Source: Candidatus Saccharimonadota bacterium
GTDB lineage: Bacteria > Patescibacteriota > Saccharimonadia > Saccharimonadales > Saccharimonadaceae
Direction of reading: 5' to 3'
DNA length: 32,000 nt
Assembly: GCA_039920285.1 (NCBI GenBank)
Contig: JBDSDX010000001.1
Location: 750,001-782,000, forward strand
In this document: positions 8,270 through 17,104 of the stretch, piece by piece
Position numbering within the stretch: the first letter of the stretch is position 1
Layout of the letters: each line of letters begins with the position of its first letter
Position numbers and translations under genes: made by a program
The notes under the pieces: model-generated
What the model was told of the DNA's origin: nothing
Databases searched by the model: none
The model's input: the letters and a program-made list of their open reading frames with translations, nothing else

Positions 8270-8596
8270 ATGAAGACAAATTTACACCCTACTGACTACC
8301 GCCCTGTCGTATTCACCGACGAGGTTGCTGGTTTTAGCTTTTTGACACAGTCAACAGCGCTGACCAACGAAACTATCAAATGGGAAGACGGCAACGAGTA
8401 CCCACTCGTGAAGGTTCACATCTCAAGTGCCTCTCACCCGTTCTTCACTGGTGAAGAGAAGATCATCGACACCGAAGGTCGTGTCGACCGATTCAAGAAC
8501 CGTGCTGCTGCTGCAGACGCACGTAAAGCCGAACTGGCAAACAAAGCCAAAAAAGCTGCTGCAACTAAAGCCAAAAAAACGACTAGCGAAAACTAG
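8270..8596 (+). CDS. rpmE: 50S ribosomal protein L31, type B (cysteine-less) with an Ala/Lys-rich C-terminal tail
   Basis: [44 protein letters not shown]. There is no CxxC. The ORF track starts at 8258, but MKTNLHP matches the usual L31 N-terminus. Confidence 0.9.
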   Translation: MKTNLHPTDYRPVVFTDEVAGFSFLTQSTALTNETIKWEDGNEYPLVKVHISSASHPFFTGEEKIIDTEGRVDRFKNRAAAADARKAELANKAKKAAATKAKKTTSEN

Positions 8597-8604
8597 CAAT
8601 CGTC

Positions 8605-8637
8605 AAAAAGAGCTTACATTGTCGTAAGCTCTTTTTT
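8605..8637 (+). terminator. Rho-independent terminator after rpmE
   Basis: AAAAAGAGCTTAC attgtc GTAAGCTCTTTTTT: a GC-containing stem followed by a T-run. Confidence 0.8.
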
Positions 8638-8673
8638 GTTACAATAGAGATAGTTCTTAACAGGAGAAATACC

Positions 8674-8943
8674 ATGGCGAAGCTCGACACACGAACAAAA
8701 GGCGCACTCTGGCTGCTGATCGCACCGACAGGGCTTCTTATTATTACCTTCATCTTCTTTGCAATTATCAACTGGGTATTCAACCCGACTATGTGGCCAA
8801 CCCCTGACACAGAGGCATTCGCGCCGACACCTATCGGCATCACCATAGCCAATATCCTTCTTTTCGTTACCGGTGCCGTCAGTGTCATGACCTGGCTCCC
8901 AGGGATCATCATTGGCATCGTGTTACTCGCAACAAAGAAATAA
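8674..8943 (+). CDS. Small membrane protein (89 aa, two predicted TM helices)
   Basis: Strong AGGAG 7 nt upstream of the ATG. It has two hydrophobic helices. Its stop lies 1 nt before the prfA ATG. Confidence 0.65.
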   Translation: MAKLDTRTKGALWLLIAPTGLLIITFIFFAIINWVFNPTMWPTPDTEAFAPTPIGITIANILLFVTGAVSVMTWLPGIIIGIVLLATKK

Positions 8944-8944
8944 T

Positions 8945-10012
8945 ATGCCAAAGATTAGCTTAAACATCGAAGAACTAACTACCGAACGAGCCAATCTCGA
9001 CGCTTTTTTGGCACGTCCCGATGCCTATAGCGACCCAGACTTCCAAAAAAACAACAAACGTTTTGGTGAGCTTGAAACAATCCTCGAAAAAGCTAACCTC
9101 CGCGTCTCACTTGAATCCCAACTCGGGCAAGCGAAAGAATTAGCCGGTGGTAACGACGATATGGCTGAACTGGCCAAGTCTGAAGTTGATGAAACAACCG
9201 CCAAACTTGAAGATCTTGAAAACGAACTGTTCGCCATGTTAGCACCAAAAGACCCTAACGACGAAAAGAACGTCATCATCGAAATCCGCGCCGGCGCGGG
9301 TGGTGATGAAGCAAGTCTTTTTGCCGCAGAACTTTTCCGTATGTATCTTCGCTACTGTGAAACACACAATCTTCGAACTGAAATTTTAGGTGAAAACATG
9401 AATGACACCGGTGGCTACAAAGAAGTTATTTTCCTTGTTAAAGGTGACGCTCCTTATGCGCAGCTCAAATTTGAATCAGGTGTTCACCGCGTTCAACGCG
9501 TCCCTGCCACTGAATCACAAGGACGTATTCACACCAGCACGGTCACTGTTGCGGTCCTTCCAGAAGCTGTAGAAACTGATCTTGAAATTAACCCCAACGA
9601 TCTTCGTATCGACATCTATCGATCTGGTGGACACGGTGGTCAATCAGTCAACACAACCGACAGTGCTGTCCGTATCACCCACATTCCATCTGGCTTAGTG
9701 GTGATCAACCAAGATGAAAAGTCACAGCTCAAAAATAAAGAAAAAGCAATGAGTGTCCTTCGAAGCCGTCTTCTCCAAATAAAGACTGACGCTGAAAATG
9801 CCAAAGTTGAAGCGGAACGTCGGAGTCTGATTGGCTCGGGTGACCGATCGGAAAAGATCCGTACCTACAACTTCCCGCAGGACCGCATTACCGACCACCG
9901 CATTGGCTATAGTCGAAGTGGTATCCCGCAGGCGATGAACGGTCAAATCGAAGATTTAGTGGAGAACTTACAGGCGTATGAACGAGAATTCGCCGCAAAC
10001 TCTGTCAATTAA
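8945..10012 (+). CDS. prfA: Peptide chain release factor 1
   Basis: The PAT tripeptide in [14 protein letters not shown] is RF1-type, and [24 protein letters not shown] carries the GGQ motif. The start is taken at MPKISLN (8945) rather than the ORF-track 8912, which overlaps the upstream gene. Confidence 0.93.
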   Translation: MPKISLNIEELTTERANLDAFLARPDAYSDPDFQKNNKRFGELETILEKANLRVSLESQLGQAKELAGGNDDMAELAKSEVDETTAKLEDLENELFAMLAPKDPNDEKNVIIEIRAGAGGDEASLFAAELFRMYLRYCETHNLRTEILGENMNDTGGYKEVIFLVKGDAPYAQLKFESGVHRVQRVPATESQGRIHTSTVTVAVLPEAVETDLEINPNDLRIDIYRSGGHGGQSVNTTDSAVRITHIPSGLVVINQDEKSQLKNKEKAMSVLRSRLLQIKTDAENAKVEAERRSLIGSGDRSEKIRTYNFPQDRITDHRIGYSRSGIPQAMNGQIEDLVENLQAYEREFAANSVN

Positions 10013-10832
10013 GGATTGGCTAGACGACGCAACGCGTCAACTAGTCTTTGCTGAGATTGCCAGCGCCCGCCTGGATAGTGAGTTGATGCTCGCGCATACT
10101 TTGCGTCAAAATCGTAGCTATCTTCACGCGCACAACGACGAAATATTGTCGGAACGAACTGTTGAAATCGCCAATGCACGTCTCGATCTACGCCTTGACC
10201 ATGTACCCGTCGCTTACATTATCGGACATAAAGAATTTTATGGTCGCCGCTTCCGTGTCAGCACCGCAACGCTCATTCCCCGCCCTGAATCAGAAATTTT
10301 AATTGAATTACTCGATCAAGCAGTGCCAAAAAATACTGCACTTCTCGATGAGAAACCTTTAAAATTGATCGATATTGGTACGGGCAGTGGCATCCTTGGC
10401 ATTACCGCAAAGCTCACCCATCCGGAACTCGACGTGACGGTGTCTGATATCAGCCGACACGCGCTCAAGATCGCCGAACACAATGCACAGCACTTAGATG
10501 CAAAAGTAACAGCGCTCCAAAGTGATCTTTTAACCAACTTCCCTTTCGTGGCAGATATCATTATCGCGAACCTTCCGTACGTTGATCCGGACTGGGACCG
10601 CTCAGAGGAAACGAAGCACGAACCAGAAGAAGCCCTCTTCGCCGCGGACGGCGGTAAAGCACTGATTTTTAAGCTCTTGTTTCAAACAAAAGCAAAACTC
10701 GCGACAGGTGGGTACCTTCTGCTCGAAGCCGACCCTGAGCAACATCCTGCCATTATTTCTGAAGCAAAAAAGTATGGCCTGCTCGTGCAAGACCAAAAAT
10801 ATTACGGTATTTTGTTACAAAAATTAAGCTAG
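9978..10832 (+). CDS. prmC: Release-factor glutamine N5-methyltransferase (PrmC/HemK)
   Basis: [12 protein letters not shown] is a SAM-binding motif and IIANLPYV is the NPPY-type motif. It follows prfA. The start is uncertain; as drawn it overlaps prfA by 35 nt. Confidence 0.88.
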   Translation: MNENSPQTLSIKDWLDDATRQLVFAEIASARLDSELMLAHTLRQNRSYLHAHNDEILSERTVEIANARLDLRLDHVPVAYIIGHKEFYGRRFRVSTATLIPRPESEILIELLDQAVPKNTALLDEKPLKLIDIGTGSGILGITAKLTHPELDVTVSDISRHALKIAEHNAQHLDAKVTALQSDLLTNFPFVADIIIANLPYVDPDWDRSEETKHEPEEALFAADGGKALIFKLLFQTKAKLATGGYLLLEADPEQHPAIISEAKKYGLLVQDQKYYGILLQKLS

Positions 10833-11659
10833 AGATTCTGCAAACACAATAATACAGTCGCCTTGTCACACTGAATCGATGGCAATACAAACCAAAGCAC
10901 AACCATCAGACTCACCGTAAAAAGAATCGGAAGAATGACATCGTTGATACGTATTTTTTGGTGATGATAAAACGAATCATACGCCTTATACGCCACAAAA
11001 CTCAACAAGACAGCAATGATCGCTACCTCAGGGAATTGCAACGTTTGAATAAACGGCAAGTGAAGACCGATCGTGACGTGATAGGCAACCCATCCTATTT
11101 CAGCGAATGCGACCCCGAATGCCAAACTCACGAACAGCGCGTGTGTTTCATCATCATATGTCGATAACACGTGACGAGCGGCGGCAAACCCAATGAGCCA
11201 CATTCCTAGCACAACAATCGAGACCGGCCAGTTAAATGACAAGGTGTATAAGACTTCGACACCCAATAGTACCGCTATTCCCGCCTGAGCGGCCATATAT
11301 GAGCGTTTTGAACGCGGTTTCAGGAATAGCAACCACCCGACATACAGAACTGAGAGGATGACCATGAGCGCGAGTTTGTTGTCATCCTGAATATTCGCAT
11401 CATTAATCATATAAAGATTGAGGACGACGCCAATACTCACGATGAAGTCGATGAGGTTAGAACGAATATTCGCAACCCAATAGCGCGCTCTCACAGCGAG
11501 TACACGCCATTTACTAATAAGGACGAGGCCGATAGCAAGTGGGATCGAACCGGTATATCGAATCACGACGAGCAGAGCAAGCGCCAAGCCGATGTTGAGG
11601 ACCATATAGACCGCTTCGCTCAAAAACGAACGGCGGCGGACTAGTTTCAAAAACTCCAT
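10829..11659 (-). CDS. Polytopic membrane protein of unknown function (277 aa)
   Basis: Multiple hydrophobic helices. The ORF-track version (to 11872) overlaps the LCP gene. The ATG at 11659 (MEFLKLVRRR) sits exactly 10 nt downstream of a TGGTATAAT box. Confidence 0.65.
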   Translation of the reverse strand: MEFLKLVRRRSFLSEAVYMVLNIGLALALLVVIRYTGSIPLAIGLVLISKWRVLAVRARYWVANIRSNLIDFIVSIGVVLNLYMINDANIQDDNKLALMVILSVLYVGWLLFLKPRSKRSYMAAQAGIAVLLGVEVLYTLSFNWPVSIVVLGMWLIGFAAARHVLSTYDDETHALFVSLAFGVAFAEIGWVAYHVTIGLHLPFIQTLQFPEVAIIAVLLSFVAYKAYDSFYHHQKIRINDVILPILFTVSLMVVLWFVLPSIQCDKATVLLCLQNL

Positions 11660-11669
11660 AATTGAGTCT

Positions 11670-11678
11670 ATTATACCA
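11670..11678 (-). promoter_or_regulatory. Extended -10 element TGGTATAAT, 10 nt upstream of the ATG at 11659
   Basis: The minus strand reads TGGTATAAT agactcaatt ATG with no Shine-Dalgarno. This is a leaderless-type geometry. Confidence 0.5.
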
Positions 11679-11696
11679 CGCGCGAAGTCAGACTGG

Positions 11697-13319
11697 TTAC
11701 TGGGTTGCCTGACCAATGACGACGACGAAGTCTGTTTCTCCAACAACGCTGAATGGTGGTGGCGTGGTGACAAGTGTGACGCCGTAGATCTCTTTAAGTT
11801 TGGTAGCACTGGCCGTTTTCTTGGCATTGATCTGATAGATCGTCGCTTTCCCGTAGCTACCATCGGGTGCATTACTTACTGAATCAATCGTGAAGCCTTT
11901 TGATTCGAGCTTATCAGCCTCTGTCTGAGCAACGCCTGCCGTACCACTCCCGTTCAAAACGGTGACATGCGGTGTTTCTTTCGCAACAGGGTCATTACTG
12001 ACTTGTTTTTGAACATAGGCTTTAATGGCACTGTAATCAAGCAGTCCGGCAATTGGACGAACGATACTCTGGCCATTATATGAACCTGTCGTCACAAGCA
12101 TTTTGCCTTCTTCAACAAGACTGAGTGAGATGATGTCTTCGTTCTTCAGTTTACTTCCAAAGTCCATAAGTGTACGGACTTCTTTGGTCTGGATATTGGT
12201 ACGAAGGTTCTTGCCCAGTGCATCGATCAATCCGGTAATTGCACCAACGTTAGTCAGTGTGCCGGCGCTCACCGCTTTTTCGCGGAGGGCTTTGACGATT
12301 TTTTGCTGGTTCTTCTCTCGGTCGAAGTTACCATTTGGTAAACCGTAGCCGCCTTGAGCGTTACGAGCACGAGCTAAGGCAAGTGCATGAGCACCATCGA
12401 GGTGGACCTGTTGACCATTCGTGTAATCAACATAGTGACACTTGTAGTTACACTTCCAGTCGAAGTTTGGATCATAAATTCCACGAGGGTCTTCGCTCTG
12501 AATAGTGACATCGACACCACCAACAGCATCAACTGTTTCACTGACTGCAGTAAAGTTCAGGTGGACATAGTACTGAATATCGAGTCCAGTAATCTCGCCG
12601 ACTTTCGCTTCAAGGGCGGTCGCTCCAGCATCTTCATTTTCGCCATCATTTGAGCCACAGAAATACTGCGCGTTCAATTTTCCTTGATAGCCAACCGTAC
12701 ATGAGTCTTCATATTGTACCCAGAGATCACGAGGAAGGCTAAGCATATAGGCATTCTTAGCATCCTGGTCGATACTCATGACCATGATTGAGTCAGTCAA
12801 GTTCGGCCCACCGTGATTACCGCCTTCATCATCTTCGGCTGTTCCGAAAATCACAAAGTTAGTGCGGCCGTTTGCATCTTCTTTTAAGGGTTCGCTTTGT
12901 ACGAAATCGAAAATACTTCCTTTGAAGACGCTCGTTCCGGCAAGTGCAGCTTTGATGAAGACGTACCCCGCAATTGCAATGGCAATAATAAGCAATGAGA
13001 TAAGTATCCATTTAATAGTACGGAGGACTTTATTGCGCGGGCGTTTCGCCTTCTTGGCGGCACGTCGTGCTTTTCGAGACTTCTTAGTTGGTTCATTTGA
13101 ATCGATCTCACGGAGTGATTCATCTATATCGCTGCGTCCAATCACTTTTCCCTCTCGAGGTTTTCCGACTTCCTCAGCGGCAACGTTATCACCTGTATGA
13201 AGTGACCGATCAATCGGCGTTACCATAGCATCAGCGTTGCGAACAGAATGCAGATCACCGATCTGACTTCCGGGCCGACGTGGGATAAACCCATCGATTG
13301 AAGGTCTGTTATTCTTCAT
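11697..13319 (-). CDS. LytR-CpsA-Psr (LCP) family cell-envelope phosphotransferase with a LytR_C-like C-terminal domain
   Basis: A basic cytoplasmic tail and one TM are followed by NFVIFGTAEDDEGG, LTDSIMVMSIDQDAKNAYMLSLPRDLWV. The C-terminus reads VTVLNGSGTAGVAQTEADKLESKGF. The ORF-track start at 13343 is a TTG, so I prefer the ATG at 13319 (MKNNRPS). Confidence 0.85.
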   Translation of the reverse strand: MKNNRPSIDGFIPRRPGSQIGDLHSVRNADAMVTPIDRSLHTGDNVAAEEVGKPREGKVIGRSDIDESLREIDSNEPTKKSRKARRAAKKAKRPRNKVLRTIKWILISLLIIAIAIAGYVFIKAALAGTSVFKGSIFDFVQSEPLKEDANGRTNFVIFGTAEDDEGGNHGGPNLTDSIMVMSIDQDAKNAYMLSLPRDLWVQYEDSCTVGYQGKLNAQYFCGSNDGENEDAGATALEAKVGEITGLDIQYYVHLNFTAVSETVDAVGGVDVTIQSEDPRGIYDPNFDWKCNYKCHYVDYTNGQQVHLDGAHALALARARNAQGGYGLPNGNFDREKNQQKIVKALREKAVSAGTLTNVGAITGLIDALGKNLRTNIQTKEVRTLMDFGSKLKNEDIISLSLVEEGKMLVTTGSYNGQSIVRPIAGLLDYSAIKAYVQKQVSNDPVAKETPHVTVLNGSGTAGVAQTEADKLESKGFTIDSVSNAPDGSYGKATIYQINAKKTASATKLKEIYGVTLVTTPPPFSVVGETDFVVVIGQATQ

Positions 13320-13393
13320 AAATACTCGTACTAGTATACCCAATGTAGGCTCATAAATGAAGCATTACTATAACCATATTGCTCTCACTAGCG

Positions 13394-13399
13394 TATAAT
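13394..13399 (+). promoter_or_regulatory. Candidate -10 box TATAAT, 10 nt upstream of the lepB ATG
   Basis: TATAAT aggtcgagta ATG, with no Shine-Dalgarno. Confidence 0.4.
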
Positions 13400-13409
13400 A
13401 GGTCGAGTA

Positions 13410-14009
13410 ATGGAAGCATCGTATTTCACCCGCCACCCTTTTGTTAAAGATGCTCTTGGTATCCTCGTTTTCATCGTCGCCGTCATTCTTGGGACGATTT
13501 TAATTAATACTTTCGTCTTCCGAAGCTATCATGTTGTTGGACCAAGCATGGAAAAGACTTTATTCACCGGTGATCGCCTCATCGTCGACCGATTGCCTGT
13601 CACCTGGGCAAATTTAATGGGAAAACCATATCAACCTGATCGCGGTTCAGTGATTGTTTTCAAAAACCCTCACTACAGTTCAGGACTCGAAGATGAATAT
13701 ATCGTCAAACGTGTCATTGGATTGCCCGGCGAACGAGTCACGCTAAAAAATGGTGTCTACACTGTCTTCAATACTGAAAACCCCAATGGCTTCGACCCTG
13801 ACTCTTTGAATCATGGTGAACCTGGAAGTCCAACCAGTGGCGAAGTTGATGAAATTGTTCCTGCAGACCAGATCTTTGTATCAGGTGACCACCGAGAAGG
13901 TAGCTTCTCACTCGACTCACGTAATGGTCTTGGCACAATTCCACTCTATGACGTCGTCGGACCCGTCAGTTGGCGGATATTCCCCTTCAACGGCATTCGT
14001 AGCTTCTAG
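13410..14009 (+). CDS. lepB: Signal peptidase I
   Basis: An N-terminal TM is followed by GPSMEKTL (catalytic Ser box), YIVKRVIGLPGERV (Lys box) and GDHREGSFSLDSR. Confidence 0.9.
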   Translation: MEASYFTRHPFVKDALGILVFIVAVILGTILINTFVFRSYHVVGPSMEKTLFTGDRLIVDRLPVTWANLMGKPYQPDRGSVIVFKNPHYSSGLEDEYIVKRVIGLPGERVTLKNGVYTVFNTENPNGFDPDSLNHGEPGSPTSGEVDEIVPADQIFVSGDHREGSFSLDSRNGLGTIPLYDVVGPVSWRIFPFNGIRSF

Positions 14010-14894
14010 TTATTCACCAAGTAGTTTTTGCAAACGCTCAAGATCGTTTTCGCTCTGGAATTTGATAATGATACGGCCAGCACCGTGACCATTGACGCGA
14101 ATATCAACGTCTGTTTTCAAGCGATCACGAAGACTGACAATCTTAGCTTCGTGTTGTGATTCGGCAGCAGTCGACTCAGTTGGTGTTTTTTCGCGACGAA
14201 GATTTTTTATATTCACCATGTACTGTTCAACTTTACGAGAACTCCACTCTTCGGCGATAATGCGCGGTAAGATTTCTTCAACAAACGTTTCGTCTTGACC
14301 AGCTAGCGGACGAGCTTGTCCCTCTGTTAACTTGCCTTCAGCGATCGCCGTTTGGGCGCTTTTTGGTAAACGAAGTAGGCGCATCGTGTTATTGACAGCG
14401 CTGGGAGATTTATTAACACGCTTTGCGATTTCATCTTGCGATAAGTTGAACTGATCACGCAATTTTAGATACGCTGTCGCCGTTTCAATCGCATTTAAGT
14501 CGCGTCGTTGTAGGTTTTCGATTAATGATAGTTCGAGTTTGTGTTGGTCGGTCAGTGTTCGGACGATAACCGGCACGGTTGCAAGCCCAGCAATACCAGC
14601 TGCACGGAAACGACGTTCACCAGCAACGATTTGAAAACCGTCACCATCAGCTGTCACGATAATCGGTTGCAAAATACCGTGCTCACGAATTGATTCAGCT
14701 AATTCGTTGAGAGCTTCAGTGTCAAAGTAGCGACGCGGTTGGTCTGGGTCAGCATGAACTTTAAGCAAAGGAAGATCACGCAGTTGGCTGATCTTTTCAT
14801 CCTGCTTTGCGGTCGGATCAAAGTCATCATCGAGCAGATCCATTGGGATCAACGATTCAAAACCGCGACCAAGACCTTTTTTTAGCGCACTCAT
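14010..14894 (-). CDS. parB: Chromosome partitioning protein ParB/Spo0J
   Basis: GILQPIIV, IVAGERRFRAA ParB box and an HTH region LSQDEIAKRVNKSPSAVNNTMRLL. It overlaps parA by 4 nt. Confidence 0.92.
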   Translation of the reverse strand: MSALKKGLGRGFESLIPMDLLDDDFDPTAKQDEKISQLRDLPLLKVHADPDQPRRYFDTEALNELAESIREHGILQPIIVTADGDGFQIVAGERRFRAAGIAGLATVPVIVRTLTDQHKLELSLIENLQRRDLNAIETATAYLKLRDQFNLSQDEIAKRVNKSPSAVNNTMRLLRLPKSAQTAIAEGKLTEGQARPLAGQDETFVEEILPRIIAEEWSSRKVEQYMVNIKNLRREKTPTESTAAESQHEAKIVSLRDRLKTDVDIRVNGHGAGRIIIKFQSENDLERLQKLLGE

Positions 14895-15664
14895 GCTGCG
14901 GCTCCGGTACGATCGATCACTTCTTTAGCAAGTGCTTTGTACGCTCGTGAACCCTTTGAAAACTTGTCATAGACACCAATTGGGACACCGTGACTCGGCG
15001 CTTCGGCTAAACGAATATTGCGAGGGATCGTAATGTTAAATACTTTACCTGGAAAGTGTCGCTTGATCTCGTTGTGGACTTGACTACTCAGGGTCGTACG
15101 GCTATCGAGCATGGTCGGTAAGACACCGAGAAGTTCAAGCGCAGGGTTCATTCCCTTCCGGACAAGTTTCATGGTCTCAAGGAGCTGTCCTAAGCCTTCC
15201 AGTGCGTAGAATTCAGCTTGGACCGGTAATAAGACATACTTGGCAGCAATCAAGCCGTTAACCGTCAGGAGACTCAGGCTTGGAGGACTGTCGATGAGGA
15301 TAAAATCGTAGGCATCACCCGTCGCTTCAATCGCAACTTTGAGCCGTGAAAAGCGTTTATCGGCCTGCGCCAGCTCAACTTCAGTGTTTGCAAGTACAGA
15401 CGTCGTCGGTGCAACCCATAGATTCTTGTGTTCAGTCGTCTGAACGATCGCGCTAATGGGTGCTGAGCCCATGACGACGTCAGTCATCGTTAGCGTTAGC
15501 GCCTGTTTATCGATACCGAGGCCACTACTGGCATTCCCTTGTGGGTCAAAGTCGACCAAAAGCGTTTTTTTGCCAGCTTTCGCGAGGAAATACGCTAAGT
15601 TAATAGCAGTCGTTGTTTTGCCGACTCCCCCTTTTTGATTTGTGACAGCAATAACAGTCGTCAC
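14891..15664 (-). CDS. parA: Chromosome partitioning ATPase ParA/Soj
   Basis: Deviant Walker A VTNQKGGVGKTTTAINLA, plus LIDSPPSL. GTG start. Confidence 0.93.
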   Translation of the reverse strand: MTTVIAVTNQKGGVGKTTTAINLAYFLAKAGKKTLLVDFDPQGNASSGLGIDKQALTLTMTDVVMGSAPISAIVQTTEHKNLWVAPTTSVLANTEVELAQADKRFSRLKVAIEATGDAYDFILIDSPPSLSLLTVNGLIAAKYVLLPVQAEFYALEGLGQLLETMKLVRKGMNPALELLGVLPTMLDSRTTLSSQVHNEIKRHFPGKVFNITIPRNIRLAEAPSHGVPIGVYDKFSKGSRAYKALAKEVIDRTGAAA

Positions 15665-15694
15665 GGTCTATTTACCCTTTGCTCATTTGGACTC

Positions 15695-15703
15695 ATTATA
15701 GCA
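15695..15703 (-). promoter_or_regulatory. Extended -10 element TGCTATAAT upstream of parA
   Basis: The minus strand reads TGCTATAAT about 30 nt upstream of the parA GTG, just downstream of the rplU terminator. Confidence 0.45.
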
Positions 15704-15713
15704 TGGTGCCTAT

Positions 15714-15739
15714 GAAAAAACCTCGCTGCGAGAGCGAGG
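15714..15739 (-). terminator. Rho-independent terminator after rplU
   Basis: The minus strand reads CCTCGCT ctcgc AGCGAGG followed by TTTTTTT. Confidence 0.8.
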
Positions 15740-15748
15740 TTTGATTCA

Positions 15749-16057
15749 TTATTTGATCGACGTAATTTCGATCTTTGAGTACTTCTGGCGGTGGCCATTT
15801 TCCTTGTGAACACGCTTCTTCGCTTTGTAGCGAATAACACGAATTTTGTCACCTTTGACGAGGTCATCGATGACCTTCGCGGTAACTTTCACATCTTTTA
15901 CGATAGGCGTTCCAACAGTGGTTTTGTCACCGTCGATAACGAGTAGCGCGTCAAGTGTGAGCTCTTTAGTTCCTTCCTGGAGGAGGTCCACCAGTAGGGT
16001 CTCTTTTTCGGTGACGAGGAATTGCTTGCCACCGATCTTAACGACTGCTTTTGTCAT
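15749..16057 (-). CDS. rplU: 50S ribosomal protein L21
   Basis: MTKAVVKIGGKQFLVTEKETLLVD, RVIRYKAKKRVHKENGHRQKYSKIEI. Confidence 0.93.
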   Translation of the reverse strand: MTKAVVKIGGKQFLVTEKETLLVDLLQEGTKELTLDALLVIDGDKTTVGTPIVKDVKVTAKVIDDLVKGDKIRVIRYKAKKRVHKENGHRQKYSKIEITSIK

Positions 16058-16119
16058 ATGATTCCTTATATAATATTGATCAGTGTCCTATTTTAACAGA
16101 GATGAGTCTATCTGTAAAG

Positions 16120-17028
16120 TTAGATTTGTCCGCCACCTGTGGCGAGCACAATAACCAGACCAAGTCCGATCACTCCAACGAGTGTATACATGCCGTGGTG
16201 CAGCTTCCAGCTTCGACGCCACGCAACCGGAAGCTTACGACGATACTGATGTGCAATGATGGCGACTAGCCCCACGAGACCGAGCAACGCGAGCCCGCCT
16301 AATGTTGCAGGACTCAGTGATTGCAGTGCTGAACCGAAGTATGTCAAAGGGTTACCAACGCCGTTATTGATCGCTGGAGCGTAGACTATCTTACTATCTT
16401 CAGTCCCTTGAACCCCAGCTGCAGTCGTCACAGGTGCACCATAATACGCCACGACGAGCGACGTATCGCGACCATCGAGCATACCGTCCACAACTGCAAA
16501 TCCGACGTCTTGGTACTTGCCGTTCAAAATATTCGCTCGGTGCGATGCGGACGCCATCCAAGCTTCAAAGGTTGCGTCAGCGGTCGGATAGTTCTTGGCG
16601 AGGTTCTCCCCTGCTACATCATAATTGTAACCAACATCAGCCAACCATTTCCACGGTGTAATACCACTCGGTGACGTATGTGCCCAGTAGTTATTGGCAA
16701 TCATATCTTTCGCTTTCATAAAAGCGGCTTGGCTGAGTGTATCGTTCATCTTGAGCCCCGGTAAGGACGCGTCTTTACGCGCGGCGTTAGTATCTTTCAA
16801 AAGATCACTGGCGCTAATGTTCGAAACACGTCCGAGAACCTCTAAACGGCCGGCTGTAGCGTAGCCATAGACGAGTTGCATCACTAGTGCCAGAGCGATA
16901 ACGACAGTAATTCCATGCAAACGCAGAAGGTGCGGACGGTAATGATTCCCCTTGTGGGGTACAAAAGTATGTCGTATATGACGACGAAGTGTACTACCGC
17001 TGGTTTTTTTGTTTTTTGTTTTTGTCAC
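16120..17028 (-). CDS. CAP/SCP (PR-1-like, YkwD-type) domain protein with hydrophobic segments at both ends
   Basis: NYWAHTSPSG, GENLAKNY, AWMASASHRANILNGKYQDVGFAVV. It has an N-terminal TM and two C-terminal hydrophobic helices. GTG start. Confidence 0.8.
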   Translation of the reverse strand: MTKTKNKKTSGSTLRRHIRHTFVPHKGNHYRPHLLRLHGITVVIALALVMQLVYGYATAGRLEVLGRVSNISASDLLKDTNAARKDASLPGLKMNDTLSQAAFMKAKDMIANNYWAHTSPSGITPWKWLADVGYNYDVAGENLAKNYPTADATFEAWMASASHRANILNGKYQDVGFAVVDGMLDGRDTSLVVAYYGAPVTTAAGVQGTEDSKIVYAPAINNGVGNPLTYFGSALQSLSPATLGGLALLGLVGLVAIIAHQYRRKLPVAWRRSWKLHHGMYTLVGVIGLGLVIVLATGGGQI

Positions 17029-17038
17029 GGTTACGGTT

Positions 17039-17047
17039 ATTATACCA
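17039..17047 (-). promoter_or_regulatory. Extended -10 element TGGTATAAT, 10 nt upstream of the CAP-gene GTG
   Basis: The minus strand reads TGGTATAAT aaccgtaacc GTG. This is the same geometry as at 11670. Confidence 0.5.
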
Positions 17048-17052
17048 CTATT

Positions 17053-17084
17053 AAAAAGAAAAGCCTCTTTTTACAGAGGCTTTT
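17053..17084 (-). terminator. Rho-independent terminator after the surface-protein gene (symmetric, could act on both strands)
   Basis: AAAAGCCTCT ttttac AGAGGCTTTT, flanked by an A-run and a T-run. Confidence 0.8.
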
Positions 17085-17104
17085 CGTTATTTAGAAAATG
17101 TTTG

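Noticed and set aside
11541-11560. GGGATCGAACC-like string resembling the complement of a tRNA T-arm
   Set aside because: It lies inside a coherent membrane-protein ORF, and no acceptor-stem or anticodon-arm complementarity surrounds it. I found no tRNA anywhere in the window by eye.
11660-11872. N-terminal extension of the membrane-protein ORF (MHPMVATGKRRSIRSMPRKRP...)
   Set aside because: It overlaps the 3' end of the LCP gene in another frame, and it is Arg/Ser/Pro-rich in the manner of an out-of-frame shadow. A TGGTATAAT box sits exactly 10 nt upstream of the internal ATG at 11659.
14010-15750. Search for a parS site (TGTTNCACGTGAAACA) in and around parAB
   Set aside because: I found no close match by visual scanning. 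The CACGTG occurrences at about 11170, 22675 and 25030 lack the flanking GTTT/AAAC arms.
15661-15867. 68-aa minus-strand ORF spanning the rplU 3' end, the terminator and the parA promoter
   Set aside because: It runs through a clear terminator hairpin and overlaps rplU out of frame, so it is not credible as a gene.
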